Assembly: GCA_031835245.2 (NCBI GenBank)
Contig: JAVKOQ020000003.1
Span: 62,001-126,000 of the forward strand
DNA: 64,000 nt
Direction: 5' to 3'
From: Balamuthia mandrillaris
Taxonomy: Eukaryota
In this document: positions 13,269 to 26,439 of the stretch, piece by piece
How the letters are laid out: every line of letters starts with the position of its first letter
Numbering within the stretch: the first letter of the stretch is position 1
The notes under the pieces: model-generated
What the model was told of the DNA's origin: nothing
Databases searched by the model: none
The model's input: the letters and a program-made list of their open reading frames with translations, nothing else
Translations under genes and position numbers: made by a program

Positions 13269-14983
13269 TTAAGAGGAAGACGAAATCCGACTATACGGCG
13301 GAAGCGTCGATGGCGAAGCCGACGCCGACGGCGAAGGCGACGACTCTCCCGACCGCGTGATCCTCCTCTTCTTCGAGAAATGCAGCGCCGCCGCCGCCTG
13401 GTTGATCTCCAGCAATAACTCTGGCGGCAGCGTGGTGTAAGTCTCGCAGCACAGAATGTCCCCAAAGTTGTTGATGATCCAGTTGAAGCAAAAGCCTTTG
13501 AGCTTGGTGGCTTGCAGCTGGTTGGCCGTCTGGTAGATGGTGCAGACGTTGTCCAGGCTGATGTTTTGGAGGATGTAGTTCTCGCAGAGGGCACGTAGCC
13601 GGAGGAGCTGGTACTGATCGGCTGCCATGAAGAGGCCTACCACCACATCTCCTATTTTTTCAAAGACAGAACGCATAAGATGCAAGAAGATTTTAAAAAA
13701 AAGTTAAAAAGCAAACCCGTGATATCGGCATTATCTGTGTACAAGAATTGGACGAGCCGATAGAGCACCTCGTAGTTAATATCTGGAAAGCGGACCTCCT
13801 GCTGGGCGCTCTCCTTCATGCCACCAAAGAGCAACGCCCGAAACGCCTCTGAGCGAGTGGCAAGGATGATCTTGTGGGCGTGGATGATGCGGCCGTCAGC
13901 ATCGGAGGCAATGAGCTTGACATCGCTGCCGAGTTCCGCGTTGAACATCCGCTTCATATCGTCCATTAGCGTGGGCAGAGGTATTTCCACATGCCCTTGT
14001 TTTTAAATCAAATGATTGAACACATTAGGAAAGAGACTAGACTCAATACAAGATAGAACACAAAGAGTGTAAAGAAAGAAAATAGTTACCAACAGACTCA
14101 GAGCTTAACCACCAGGAAGCACCAGTGATAGTCCCATGAGTGGCATTGGGAGTGGCGTCCGCGATAACCTCCCCAACACCCTCCTTCATGGGCCAATGTC
14201 CCAACAGGCCTCTCTCATTGCCAGTGATGTTCTCACTCATATGAGCGGCAATGGTCTCGAGGTCTATGACTATCTTCCATAGGGTGACCTGCGAGATGAG
14301 ACCTCTAAAGCGGGTGCGCGGTCCATTCTCAGGTTTGAGCTCCACCCCAACGAGCAAGGGCTGTCCGCTGCCTTTGAGCTTGCCGGTGACCTTGTGCGTG
14401 GAGACGAGGAGGCCATTGGCATACACGCAAGCGTTCTCGTTGAGCCCATCGTAGGTGACCGTGATGTGCGTCCACTCCCGGAGGGGCACCTTCCAACGGC
14501 TGCCAATCCACTGCCAGCCGGGCCGTTTGTTGTGAAAGGCCACGGCGATCTCCACGGAGCGAAGCCCCAGCGCAAAGGAGCCTTTCTTGGCGAGGAGGTA
14601 GCAAGGCTCGTGTCCCAAGGAGGCGTCGTTCTCGCAGTAGATCCAAACGCTGAAGGAGAGTTGGACCAAAGGAGTTTTGCTGGTTCTGGTATGAGAAGAG
14701 GAGGAGGAAGTAGAAGAAGCGGGTTGGCTGTTGTCAACGTCGTAAGGAATGGTTACTACGTCTTCGTATTCTTTGAAGCGAAGAGCAACTGTTGGAACTC
14801 CTGTTGTTGTTCATATTTTTTTTTAAAAAAAGAGTAGCGAGTCAGCTACTGAGTTTGGCGTTTGTTGTTGATGAGGTTTGTACGTACTTGTGAGAGAAGG
14901 AGGCTCTGAATCCAAGTCCTGTTCAACAAAAAAAATAATACATGCAGACCATAGAAAGCAACACATAGAGAGATTTAGTACCA

Positions 14984-15019
<36 letters not shown>

Positions 15020-15088
15020 AGCTGTGTGGTACATCACCTCCTCACCAGCTAAAGGCCTGGTGCCGCCACTACTGTCGCGTTGGTCCAT
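13269..15088 (-). CDS. LamG/concanavalin-like domain + BTB/POZ + BACK protein (Cullin-3 adaptor-like)
   Basis: Exons encode EWTHITVTYDG...VYANG...FRGLISQVTLW (LamG), SDVKLI...HAHKIILATRSEAFRALLFGGMKES (BTB), LFMAADQYQLLRLRALCE...NVCTIYQTA (BACK). Probable ATG 15088 is less certain. Confidence 0.8.
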
Positions 15089-15701
15089 CTGGATGCGTGC
15101 GTTTTGTTTTTGCTTTGTGTGTGCGTGAGTGGGTCCGCAACCTGTGTCCGCTACCCGCTTCTTCTTCTTCTGTTCTTCCCGTCTGTGCTGCTTGTTCTTC
15201 CTCTGCCTCTTGCGCTACCCTTTTTCTGCTACTTTTTTTTTGTGTTTTTTTTTCGATTCAAAACGAAGTTTCGATCACTCCATAAATTTTTCTGAATTTC
15301 TATTGGCCACTTGCAGAAACCTTTTCATGTCGTCACGATATATAAAATTACGTGTCGTCATTACAAGTATTTCGTGTCGTCCCACCGTAACCATCAATGA
15401 ATGAGTTCAATAACTTCAATTCATAAAGCTAGCTATGGTGCCAACCAAAGCGGAACGGCGGAGTGTGCAAGCCAAAAAGATAAGCATCGTAGTTAACCGA
15501 AAGATACGCCAATGGAGAAGTTGAACGTGAAATATGATTGGTTGAATATGCGATCTCATTTTTGCTATATAGCCTAAAAGCCTATATTATTAGCAAGGCT
15601 ATGGTAATGCAAGGTAACGATGATGAACACATTTCCCTCTTTTTCCACTGTATCTGTTTTATACTCTCTTATTTCTGCTAACCTACTACAACAACAACAT
15701 C

Positions 15702-16514
15702 ATGGCGTGGTCACTTTCCGTACTGCTCTTCTCTGCCGCTCTCTTCTGCTTTGTCGCGTTGCAGGCCTCTCACGCCTTCCAACACCAAGAGGAGCAAAGA
15801 CGCGTCTTTGGCGGCACCATCGCCGAGGAGGGGGCCTACCCTTGGCTCGGCGCGCTGTACTACAAAAGCTCCGCCGACTATAGGGTCTCCGACTTTCACC
15901 TTTGCGGGGGCAGCCTGGTTTCCTCCCGCCACGTGCTGACGGCGGCCCACTGCATCTACGACAACGAGGGCAAGGTGGAAAAGGCCGACCGCCTCGCCGT
16001 CCTGTTCAACGTCCTCAGCACCAACATTACGCAGGGCGAGGCCAGAGGGTTGACCGGCCAAAACTTTGACGTGCTCCGCATCATTCCCTACCCTGAGTAT
16101 GACACCGACTTTTACACCGGTGACTACGCCATTCTGGAGCTGGATGGGGAGGTGGAGGGCATCACGCCTATTCAATTGGACAACACCGAAAACAGCGACG
16201 ATTGGGCCGGTATGCTTCTCTCTCTCTCTCTCTCTCTCTCTCTTTATAGTTCTTTTACCGTTTTCTTCTTCGCTTTGTGTTGCAAAAGGTGAGACATTGA
16301 AGTTTGCAGGATGGGGCCTGAGCGACTACGGAGGCGTCATCCACTACAGCAAAGTGCTTCTCGAGAACGACCTGCAAGGGCAACCCTTTGAGGACTGCAT
16401 GGACGCCTTGTATGGCGACGCAAGCGACGGTTATGCAGAGGTCTACCGTGAGTGGATTATCTGTGGTGTTGACAACCCTGTTTGGGTACATTTCCTTCTG
16501 TTTATGCTCTTACG

Positions 16515-16556
<42 letters not shown>

Positions 16557-16853
16557 TGTTTCTGTCCTTTAAAGGCTGGCTTGGGCTCAGGAGACAGCGG
16601 CGGCCCTCTTTTCTTCAACTCGGATCCTCCCTTGTTGATCGGTGTGTCCAGCTGGGGCGTTGACGTCTACCACGACGACGGCAGCGAACTGGCCGGAAGC
16701 TATCCCAACGCTTGGGCCTACGTTGCCACGGTCAGGGAATGGATCCTGGAACAGACCGGGCAGGAAGATGATGGCAGTAGCACGGATGGCAGCAGCGGTG
16801 ATGGTGGTGATGGAAGCGCTGCCTCTCACCTGAATGCTTTGTCTTTCTTGTGA
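15702..16853 (+). CDS. Secreted S1 (chymotrypsin/trypsin-fold) serine protease, 3 exons
   Basis: Signal peptide, RR|VFGG activation site, CGGSLV...LTAAHC (His), GDYAILEL (Asp), GDSGGPL (Ser), GVSSWG. Confidence 0.92.
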
Positions 16854-16901
16854 AAAAAAAGAGATAACGCTTTCATCATAATAAACTCCAACCATCCGAG
16901 C

Positions 16902-18721
<1,820 letters not shown>

Positions 18722-18933
18722 CTTGCTTGCACGGAGATAGTATACAATCTCACTGAGAGATCGATCGATCAAAGTTTCTTTGATTTTCAGTTGGCTCTTT
18801 GAAATACTTGATTCAAAAGCTGCAGAAAAGGTGCAACAACCGTTCACTAATTGTGTTCGATCCGATGAAAGCTACAGCATTTGTTCTGCAATTGACGTCA
18901 AGTGAAGGACAAAAAGAAAGTGAAGAGTCAAAG

Positions 18934-21539
18934 ATGGGCCGCATGAAGAAGCAAGCGGCCGATTTTGTGGTCGAAGAGTTCCTCTCTTCCTCCTTTCCGG
19001 TCACTCACACTCGTACGTGTCCTTTTTTTTTCCTTTTTGTCTGTTGTCTTTTTTGTTCACACTCAAAACAAAAAAAAAAGAGAAAGCAAAGATTTCAGAG
19101 CACGCTCTCTTTCGTTTACGCAAGCAGCGGCTGACCACGCCGCAGGCGGTCGGCATGCTGGCCAGCCGGCTGCGCGTGCCCAAGGGGGCCTTCTCCGTGG
19201 TCGCCCTCAAGGACAAATATGCCGACACCACGCAGCACGTCTCGCTGAGCCTCGCTTCGCTCTCCTCTTCCTTTGATAGAAAGAAGAAGAAGAAGAGAGA
19301 GAAAGAGGAAGAGGAAGAGGAAGAAGAAGAAGAAGAGGCAGAAGAAGAGGCAGAAGCAGAAGAGGAGGAGGAGGAGGAAGAAGAATATGAAGGAGGAGAA
19401 GGAGAGAGGAGAGATATTTCGTTGATGGATGACGATGAGGACGACTTTGACTATGCGGAGGAAAGTTCTTTCACCGCAGCGTCCAACGAATACGCTCGTT
19501 GGAAGAGCGAGTCTTTGCCTTCTTCTTCGCAACGACCAAAAGAGCAGAAAGAAAAAGAAGCGAAAGAGGCAGAGACAGAAGAAGCAGAAGAAGCGGAGGA
19601 GGAAAAAAAGGCAGAGAAAGAAGAAGAAGAGGTGGATGTGTTGAGGTATGTGAAAGACAAACAGTGGGAGGCGGAGTGGATGGGATGGTCGAAGCGGCCT
19701 CTCGCCTCTTCGGACATTCTCTGCAACAGGTTCCGCGTCACGCTGCGCGACCTCTCCGTCAAAGAATGCGAGCTCATGGATCACTATGTCTCACTCTTTT
19801 CTTCTTCTTCTTCTTTGAATGAAGAAGACAGAAAAACAGAGAAGAAAGGAACGGAAGGAAAAGAGAAGAAGGAAGAGCAGGACCACGAAGGAAGAACGTT
19901 GATATTAGCCAACTACTTTGGAGATCAACGCTTCGGCTCAGCAAGGCACGGCAAAGGCTTCGTGGCCAAGCACCTCGTTCGCGGCGAGTTCGAGGAAGCT
20001 CTCAAGCTGATGTTGGCCACGCCCGCTCGTCAGGATAACCACGCCACCAAACGCAACAAACAGCTGATAGCAGAGTATTGGGGACAATGGAGAGAGATTC
20101 TCCTGATGCGACGAAAGCAACGGCAACGCTTTCGAGATGGGACCGCCTCATTGGCTCTGTTTCCAGAGTGGAAAGCAGTTCAGATTTTGGCTCAACTTTC
20201 CAACCAAACTGCTTCTGCTTCAACTTCTTTTTCTTCTAAGACGGTAAGTCCTTCTGCTTATCTGTTGAAACGCAAACGAAGAAAAGGAAGAGAAGGAGAA
20301 GACAACAAAGAAGAAGCCGAAGATGATTCGGCAACTTGGTGGAGAGACATGTTAACAACAACAACGGAAGAGAAAGGACGAAAAGGAAAAGCTGCACCGT
20401 CGTCTTTGACAGAAGCCGACTTTCGAAGAGCTTTTGAGGAACTGCCATACCTCTCCAAACAAATGACAGTTTACTCCCTTCAAAGTCATCTCTGGAATTC
20501 CACCGTCCGAACCTTTCTTCTAGATCACTTTTCTTCTTCTTCCTCGCAACTTGAAAGAAGGGAAGATCCCTTTGGAGAGATGGTCTTCCCTACGTTTGAG
20601 ACTTTGAAGAGAGAAAAGAACTTGTGGCAGATGCACAAAGAAGAAGCAGCTTTGGAGATTCCTCTTTTCGGAGCGAAGAGCGAATTGGTGGAGCCTTGGA
20701 AAGGAGCTGCCATCAAAGTGTTGAAGGAAGAGGGCTTGCAGTTAGCTCAGCTGAAGATTCCTGGTTTGTGACGCTAGCTTTTTTTCTTTTTTTTTTTGCT
20801 GTTGCTTTAGTCTCTCTTTTCCTTCTTTGGTGTCTGTCTGCTGCTTCTGGTTCTTGTTCTTGTTCTTGTTCTTGTTGTTGTTCTTGTTGTTGTTCTTGTT
20901 CTCCTTGTTCTTGTTCTCCTTGTTCTTCTTGTTCTTGTTCTTCTTGTTCTTCTTCTTCTTGTTCTTCTTCTTCTTCTTCTTCTTCTTCTTCTTCTTCTGT
21001 TTCTTGTTCTTGTTCTTCTTCTTCTTCTTGTTCTTCTTCTTCTTCTTCTTGTTCTTCTTCTTCTTCTTCTTCTTCTTGTTCTTGTTCTTGTTCTTCTTCT
21101 TCTTCTTCTTCTTCTTCTTCTTCTTCTCCCTCTTCCACTCTAACAGCAGGATTTGTTTCTGTTCTTGTTCTTGTTCTTGTTCTGTTTCTTGTTCTTGTTC
21201 TCCTTCTTGTTCTTCTTCTCCTTCTTCTTCTTCTTCTTCCTCTTATCCAACTTTTTCCTGCTTTTATGCGTTTTGTTTTTTGAAAAAGGACTTCGAAAGC
21301 CATTCTTCTCTTCAACGGAGCAACGCAGCGTTTTAATGGAAGTATCTCACTTTCGAATGAGCGAACCAATGCTGCAAACGGAAGATGATGACTCCCTATA
21401 TTCTTCTTCCTCCAACAAAACCAAAACCAAAATCAACAACAACAAGCAAAAGCGTTTCAGTCGTGTTCTAGAGTTTGTTTTGCCGAGAGGAAGTTATGCC
21501 ACCGTCGTACTTCGTGCCCTCATGCCCAAAACGAAGTAA
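18934..21539 (+). CDS. truD: TruD/Pus7-family pseudouridine synthase (3 exons, long acidic insertions)
   Basis: Motifs MKKQAADFVVEE, LKDKYADTTQHVS (catalytic Asp), NRFRVTLR, NYFGDQRFGS, YSLQSHLWN, LEFVLPRGSYATVVLRAL. Confidence 0.9.
20845..21240. repeat. (TTC/TTG)n compound microsatellite in TruD intron 2
   Basis: Directly visible tandem repeats. Confidence 0.95.
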
Positions 21540-21641
21540 AAAATAAATAAAAAGAAATAAAAAGAAATAAAACAAGCAGAGCATTACCGTCGACAAGAAT
21601 GCCAAGAATGTGTCGACGAAAATTGATCTAGATTAAACGAA

Positions 21642-21680
21642 CCTGATTGGTCGATCTCTTCTTTATTTTAACCAATCAGG
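21642..21680. promoter_or_regulatory. Inverted pair of CCAAT boxes
   Basis: CCTGATTGGT (21642-21651) and ACCAATCAGG (21671-21680) form a perfect 10-bp inverted repeat ~280 bp upstream of ATG 21959. Confidence 0.5.
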
Positions 21681-21958
21681 ACATCCCTCAGAGAATTCGT
21701 AAATGAAATTTTCAAACCATTGAATTTCAACAAAGAAGCCCTCTCTTTTCACCGTGCTTTCTCTTTCGTTTCTTGCTTTGTTCGCATGTGAACGAACGGC
21801 CCTGGTCGTGTGGGGGGTCAGGAAAGAAAAGAAAGAAATAAACGAATCGACAGAGAACAGAATGAAAATTGTTTATTTTCCCCCTCACTTGTAGTTCTGT
21901 TTGTTTTTTTTTACTAGTTTCTTCTTTTCTCATTTTACGTTCAACGAAAACAAGGAGT

Positions 21959-23722
21959 ATGTCTACCAGCACGTTTGAAGCCACGGTTGTGGACCGAGAG
22001 AGCGTGCCCTCGGAGCTCTACACCGACGAGGAGAAGAGGGAGCTGCAGAAGAGGGAGGCCTGCCATGCCTGGCACCAACGCTTTTTGCCTGTCATCACGC
22101 TGCACCTGTTCGTCGGGTTGGTCCTGCTGCTCGTACTGCAGAGCTTCACCCCCTACCTCGGAGGACGCTCCTTTCAAAAGGTACTTTTTTTTTTGCAATA
22201 ATTCTTATTTGCGTTTTATTTGTTCTTTTTAAAGTTTTGTTTGTTTTTATAACAAAGGATATTGAAACTAACTTTTTTATAAACCATCAGTTAGACCATG
22301 TGCATATGACCCCACTGACCACGTTGCACTATGTGAGGTGGTCGTTCATCCCCGTCGTCGCGGCCATCACGGTCTTTCTCCTCCACCAATTCGCTTGGGA
22401 GTGGGTTCTCCGCAAGGTCGACGTGTTCCCTCGCTGGAGCCGGTACTCGCTCCCGGCCTTGATCTGTCTGCACATCATCTGGCTGCTGCTCTACCAGTTC
22501 CACAAGTTCATCGCCGCCGAGGTCTTCGCCCTGATCTCCGTCCTGTACCTCCTGCCCTTGGTCTTGGCGAGGGTGAGGTACGGAGCGCCGCTGGAGCTGA
22601 GAGCGGGAGCCTGGCCTTGGATGTGGCAGCAGAGAGCGTTGCAGCACTTGAGGAGAGAGAAGCCCCGCGCCAGGAGGAGCAGGTTGGCGTATTATTACAC
22701 CTACTGGCGAGGCGGTCGTGGTTTGCATCTTCTTTTTGGCAGCTTCTCTTCTCTGTTTGCCTCTTCTGTGTGTTTAACAAAAAAACGTCAACAAACAGAT
22801 GAACGAGGAACAACAAGAGTGTCGCCGGAGATGGCCCGTCTGATGGACCTGAACGAGCTTCGCAAGGACAAGTACGCCGGCTACAGGTTCCTCTTCTGGA
22901 CGGACAGCCTCATCTACCTGCCTTTCTCGGTGGCTCTGGCCCACTTCCTTTACGTCGCCTGCAACAACCTCTTCATCATCCTTCACGACCAAAGCAATCC
23001 TTCCTATCAGGATTTGCGAGTTGGCGCAATCATAACGATTGCCCTTCTCACCCTCATTGCTTCTGTCGTTCTTATCGTTTGTCAAGACGTGGTTATGGCC
23101 TCGATTCTCGTGTGGATCTTTGTATGCATCATTCATTCCTCCATCCTCTTGTTGCCATATGGTTCCTCGTTGACGGTTGTTCTATTTTCATCAGGGTGCC
23201 ATCGCTCGGAGACAGTACTTGACAGAAGAGCACGATCTTCACGATAAAGTGGTTCTCACTGCTATCATCTGTGGCTCCGTTCTTGCATTCTTCGTGATTG
23301 TCACGTTGGTATGGACTTTCATCCTCTTTCCAGTTCTGTTGAATGTTGCTTCTCACCAGTTAAAACAAATACAGATCAACTTGATCGTGCAAACGATTCT
23401 GCTTCGACCACGAGCCTTATGGAACAAAGGAAGATACCTCGTGGACGAAGAAGATCCTTTACGTCAAGGTTCCGCCTCTTACTACGACACTTTCGAACAG
23501 AGGGACAGGACGGACGTCAGCCTTGAGCGCGAAGAGAACAGAGAAAGGAGGAGACAGTACCGTGCCGCAGGAACCGATCTTGAGAAAGAGGAGCTGTTGT
23601 CCGAAAGGGCAGCAGAAAGGGAAATTGTTGGCATTCGTCCTGGCGCAGCTGGAATGCCGACATGGACCTCTGGTCGTGGCGTTGGAATGGGAATGGATCC
23701 TGGTTCATCTTCCCCTGCCTAA
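21959..23722 (+). CDS. Multi-pass membrane protein of unknown function (~4 exons)
   Basis: ATG 21959. GC-rich exons with about 8 hydrophobic helices (e.g. LPVITLHLFVGLVLLLVL, YLPFSVALAHFLYVACNNLFIIL) and a hydrophilic tail; stop TAA 23720-23722. Confidence 0.7.
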
Positions 23723-23824
23723 ACCTACTCTTATGAGAAAAGAAAATGGAGCATGTTTATAAATAGAATCTAGTCCTTTTATCACACCGATAATTTTGAA
23801 GTGGCTCATCCTCACTGTGTTGGA

Positions 23825-24749
23825 TTAGACCAGAGATCCGTTGAACCTAGCGGGATCTTCAGTGTTTCTGCTCCTCAGAACACAATCCAGGGGGAGTAGA
23901 ACGTGAATGTTGTCGTGGTCAAGATCCCAACGAGACCTAACGTTCCAGTCCAAATGAGCGGCAAACCTCGAAGCCGAATCCGGGGTGAACTGGGAGGCCA
24001 ATTGGCGGATTTGTTCCTCCGGGGAGAGGCGCGCAGCTTGGAGGAGATATTGATGAAAGAGGTTAATGTCGTCACGGAAGAGTGGGTCGGAGCTGAGAAG
24101 GTGTCGAAGCAGCACGCAGTGGCGCAGGCGCTGTCCAGGTTCAGGCCCGAACGCGAAATTGCCAAATGCATTGGGGTCCGCATCCTCATCGTATTCTTCT
24201 TCTGCTGGCAATTGGGCGAATGCCTCCGCAAGGATCCTATCTATCGCGATCTTGAAGCCCTCGGGTTCCTCAAGGAGCTCGTTTTGCGCTTGTTCGTTAG
24301 CCAGCTGTTGACGAAGGTCTTGGATAGTTGCCTGTTGCCTGGCAAGCAAACCAAGGAGGTTCCGGTTCGCTGCCTGCTCGTCGAGGAGTTGTTGCTGAAG
24401 CTCTCTCAGCTCTTCTTTTTGAAAAAGGGCCAGCAACTTAAACGAAAGAGTATGAGAGAGAGAAACTGAGTGATAATCCAAAATGAACAAAAAACGTAGC
24501 AGCATTTACAATGATTTCATCAGAGGCACCACGAAAGAGCGCTCCATTATCCCCAGCCTGAGCACCAGGTTCTGCAGCGGAAGCTGCAACAGGATCGCCC
24601 TTAGGAGGAGCGCGAGGCTTGCTACTTTGTCCATTAGTCCGGTATTATTGTTGTTGTAAAACAGAAAATGATAAAGTGAGAAATAACAGCAAGCAAAGCG
24701 GACATCGGCTGAACAGATCGACGTACTTTGGTCGTTGTTGTCTTTCCAT
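23825..24749 (-). CDS. Hypothetical coiled-coil protein (3 exons)
   Basis: MERQQRPN|KPRAPPKG...DEII|EELRELQQQLLDEQAANRNL...; GT-AG junctions keep frame; stop at 23825. Confidence 0.6.
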
Positions 24750-24957
24750 CGTTCGCTGTCTGAACTGAAAAACAAAAGCTCTTTCGAGGTGCGCACTACG
24801 AAGGGATGGGAGCAGCTTCCTTGACTACTTTGCTGTTGAAACCAAAAAAAAAATCGAGTAGCAGAAAACAAAGAAAAAGTAAAATAAAAAATAAGCGATA
24901 TGTTGAAATTTAATTAATTAACTTGTCGACGAAATATCTATAAAAGGGGAGAATGTG

Positions 24958-25117
24958 CTAAATAAGGACTACGCCAGCCATTGTCTTTTCATTGATTTGT
25001 CGTTCAGTTTGGCGGTTTATTTTTATTGTGCTGTTAGCAAGTCTGTTGTTGAAGAGGGTGGCAGAAAAGGGAGGAAAAAGAAGAGCTAGTACATTCACAT
25101 GGAGAAATTGAAATACG

Positions 25118-25148
<31 letters not shown>

Positions 25149-25511
25149 GTGTGGGATTGATCCGCTCACGGGGAGAACAGAAGCCAAGAAAGTTAATGCC
25201 TTTGGGCTGCAAAAGAGAACATCTCGTCGTATGGGTGCCATGCCGGGACGAAAGGCAAAGGGAGAGAGAACACCTTTTCAGCTATCTCCCTGAACCTCTT
25301 GTCGCTCTTTCTGGTCCCTTCCTCCACCAACTTGGCTGCTTCGTTGGCGGCCTCCGGAGAGCGAAGGGTCATCTCAGCGGCCAGCTGCTTCCTGAGCTCA
25401 TGGTTGGTGGCCTGTTCCTCGCCAAAGTGGTGTAGGAGGTCGCAGATGAGCGTACGAGAGGCGTTCAGCAGCTCCTCCGTCCCGCGCGAATGTTTCTCAA
25501 TGGCTTGTTCC

Positions 25512-25552
<41 letters not shown>

Positions 25553-25830
25553 AAGGAGAGAAGGAGAAGAATAAGATTAAAAACAAAAAAGCAAATAGGA
25601 ACATAGAATAAAATGTAGCGGAGCGTTGTAAACATACGATAAACTCTTCCACCTCCTCTGACATTTCTATCTTGGAGTAAATGCACGCAGGGGGATGCCT
25701 GTGCCTTTGGTCGTTGCGGCGACGACTAGAAGCAGATGCGCTACGTTTTTTTTTTTTAAAAAAAAAAGAAAGATTAGAAGAGGGGGACGAGGACTATCCT
25801 TTCTTCCACGTACGTTGGTTTTCTTTGCAT
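24958..25830 (-). CDS. Small hypothetical protein, possible paralog of the 23825-24749 gene
   Basis: MQRKPT|ASASSRR...EEFI|EQAIEKHS...EEQATNHELRKQLAAE; 3' end uncertain. Confidence 0.45.
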
Positions 25831-26439
25831 TGTTTATCCCTCGCAACAACAAAAAGGTTTGGGGGAAAAAAAAAACCCAGAGGTTCAACGTATGAGAAAA
25901 AAAAATAACAGCGCTGGTGCGTTGCTTGCTGTAGCAGTTGGTTGCGTGTTCTTCGCGGGTTTCAAACAAAAAAGAACAACTGCAGAAAAAAAAGAACGTA
26001 GCGCTCCTTGCTACGTTTTTTTGGTTGTGAAATCCATCACCCCATTTTTCTTAAAAAAAAAATGTGGTTTTCATTCCCGAACATTACCTGTTGCTACATG
26101 CGGACAGTTTTTTTGTTCGGGTCGACAGAAAATTGATGATGGCCAATTTTTTTTCCTATTTATTTTATTTGCTCTTTTCTTTTTCTTTCGGCTTTTTCTT
26201 TTTCTTTTTCTGTTTCTTTTTCTTTTTCTGTTTATTTATTATTTTTTGTTTTTTCTTTAAGCCTTTTTTTTTTTGTTATTGTTTAAGCACACAAAAGTGA
26301 GAGCAAAAAAATGTTCGTTCATTCACATTATAAAAGAAAGTACCAAAGAGAGAGACAGGAGAGAGAGAGAGAGAGGAGAGAGAGGAATATTTCCGAATCA
26401 CTTCACATGAGAGAGGGCACCGCTTGTTGCTTTTGGAGG

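Noticed and set aside
15620..15660. ATGATGA box-C-like motif upstream of the protease
   Set aside because: No properly placed CTGA box D, terminal stem or recognisable rRNA antisense element.
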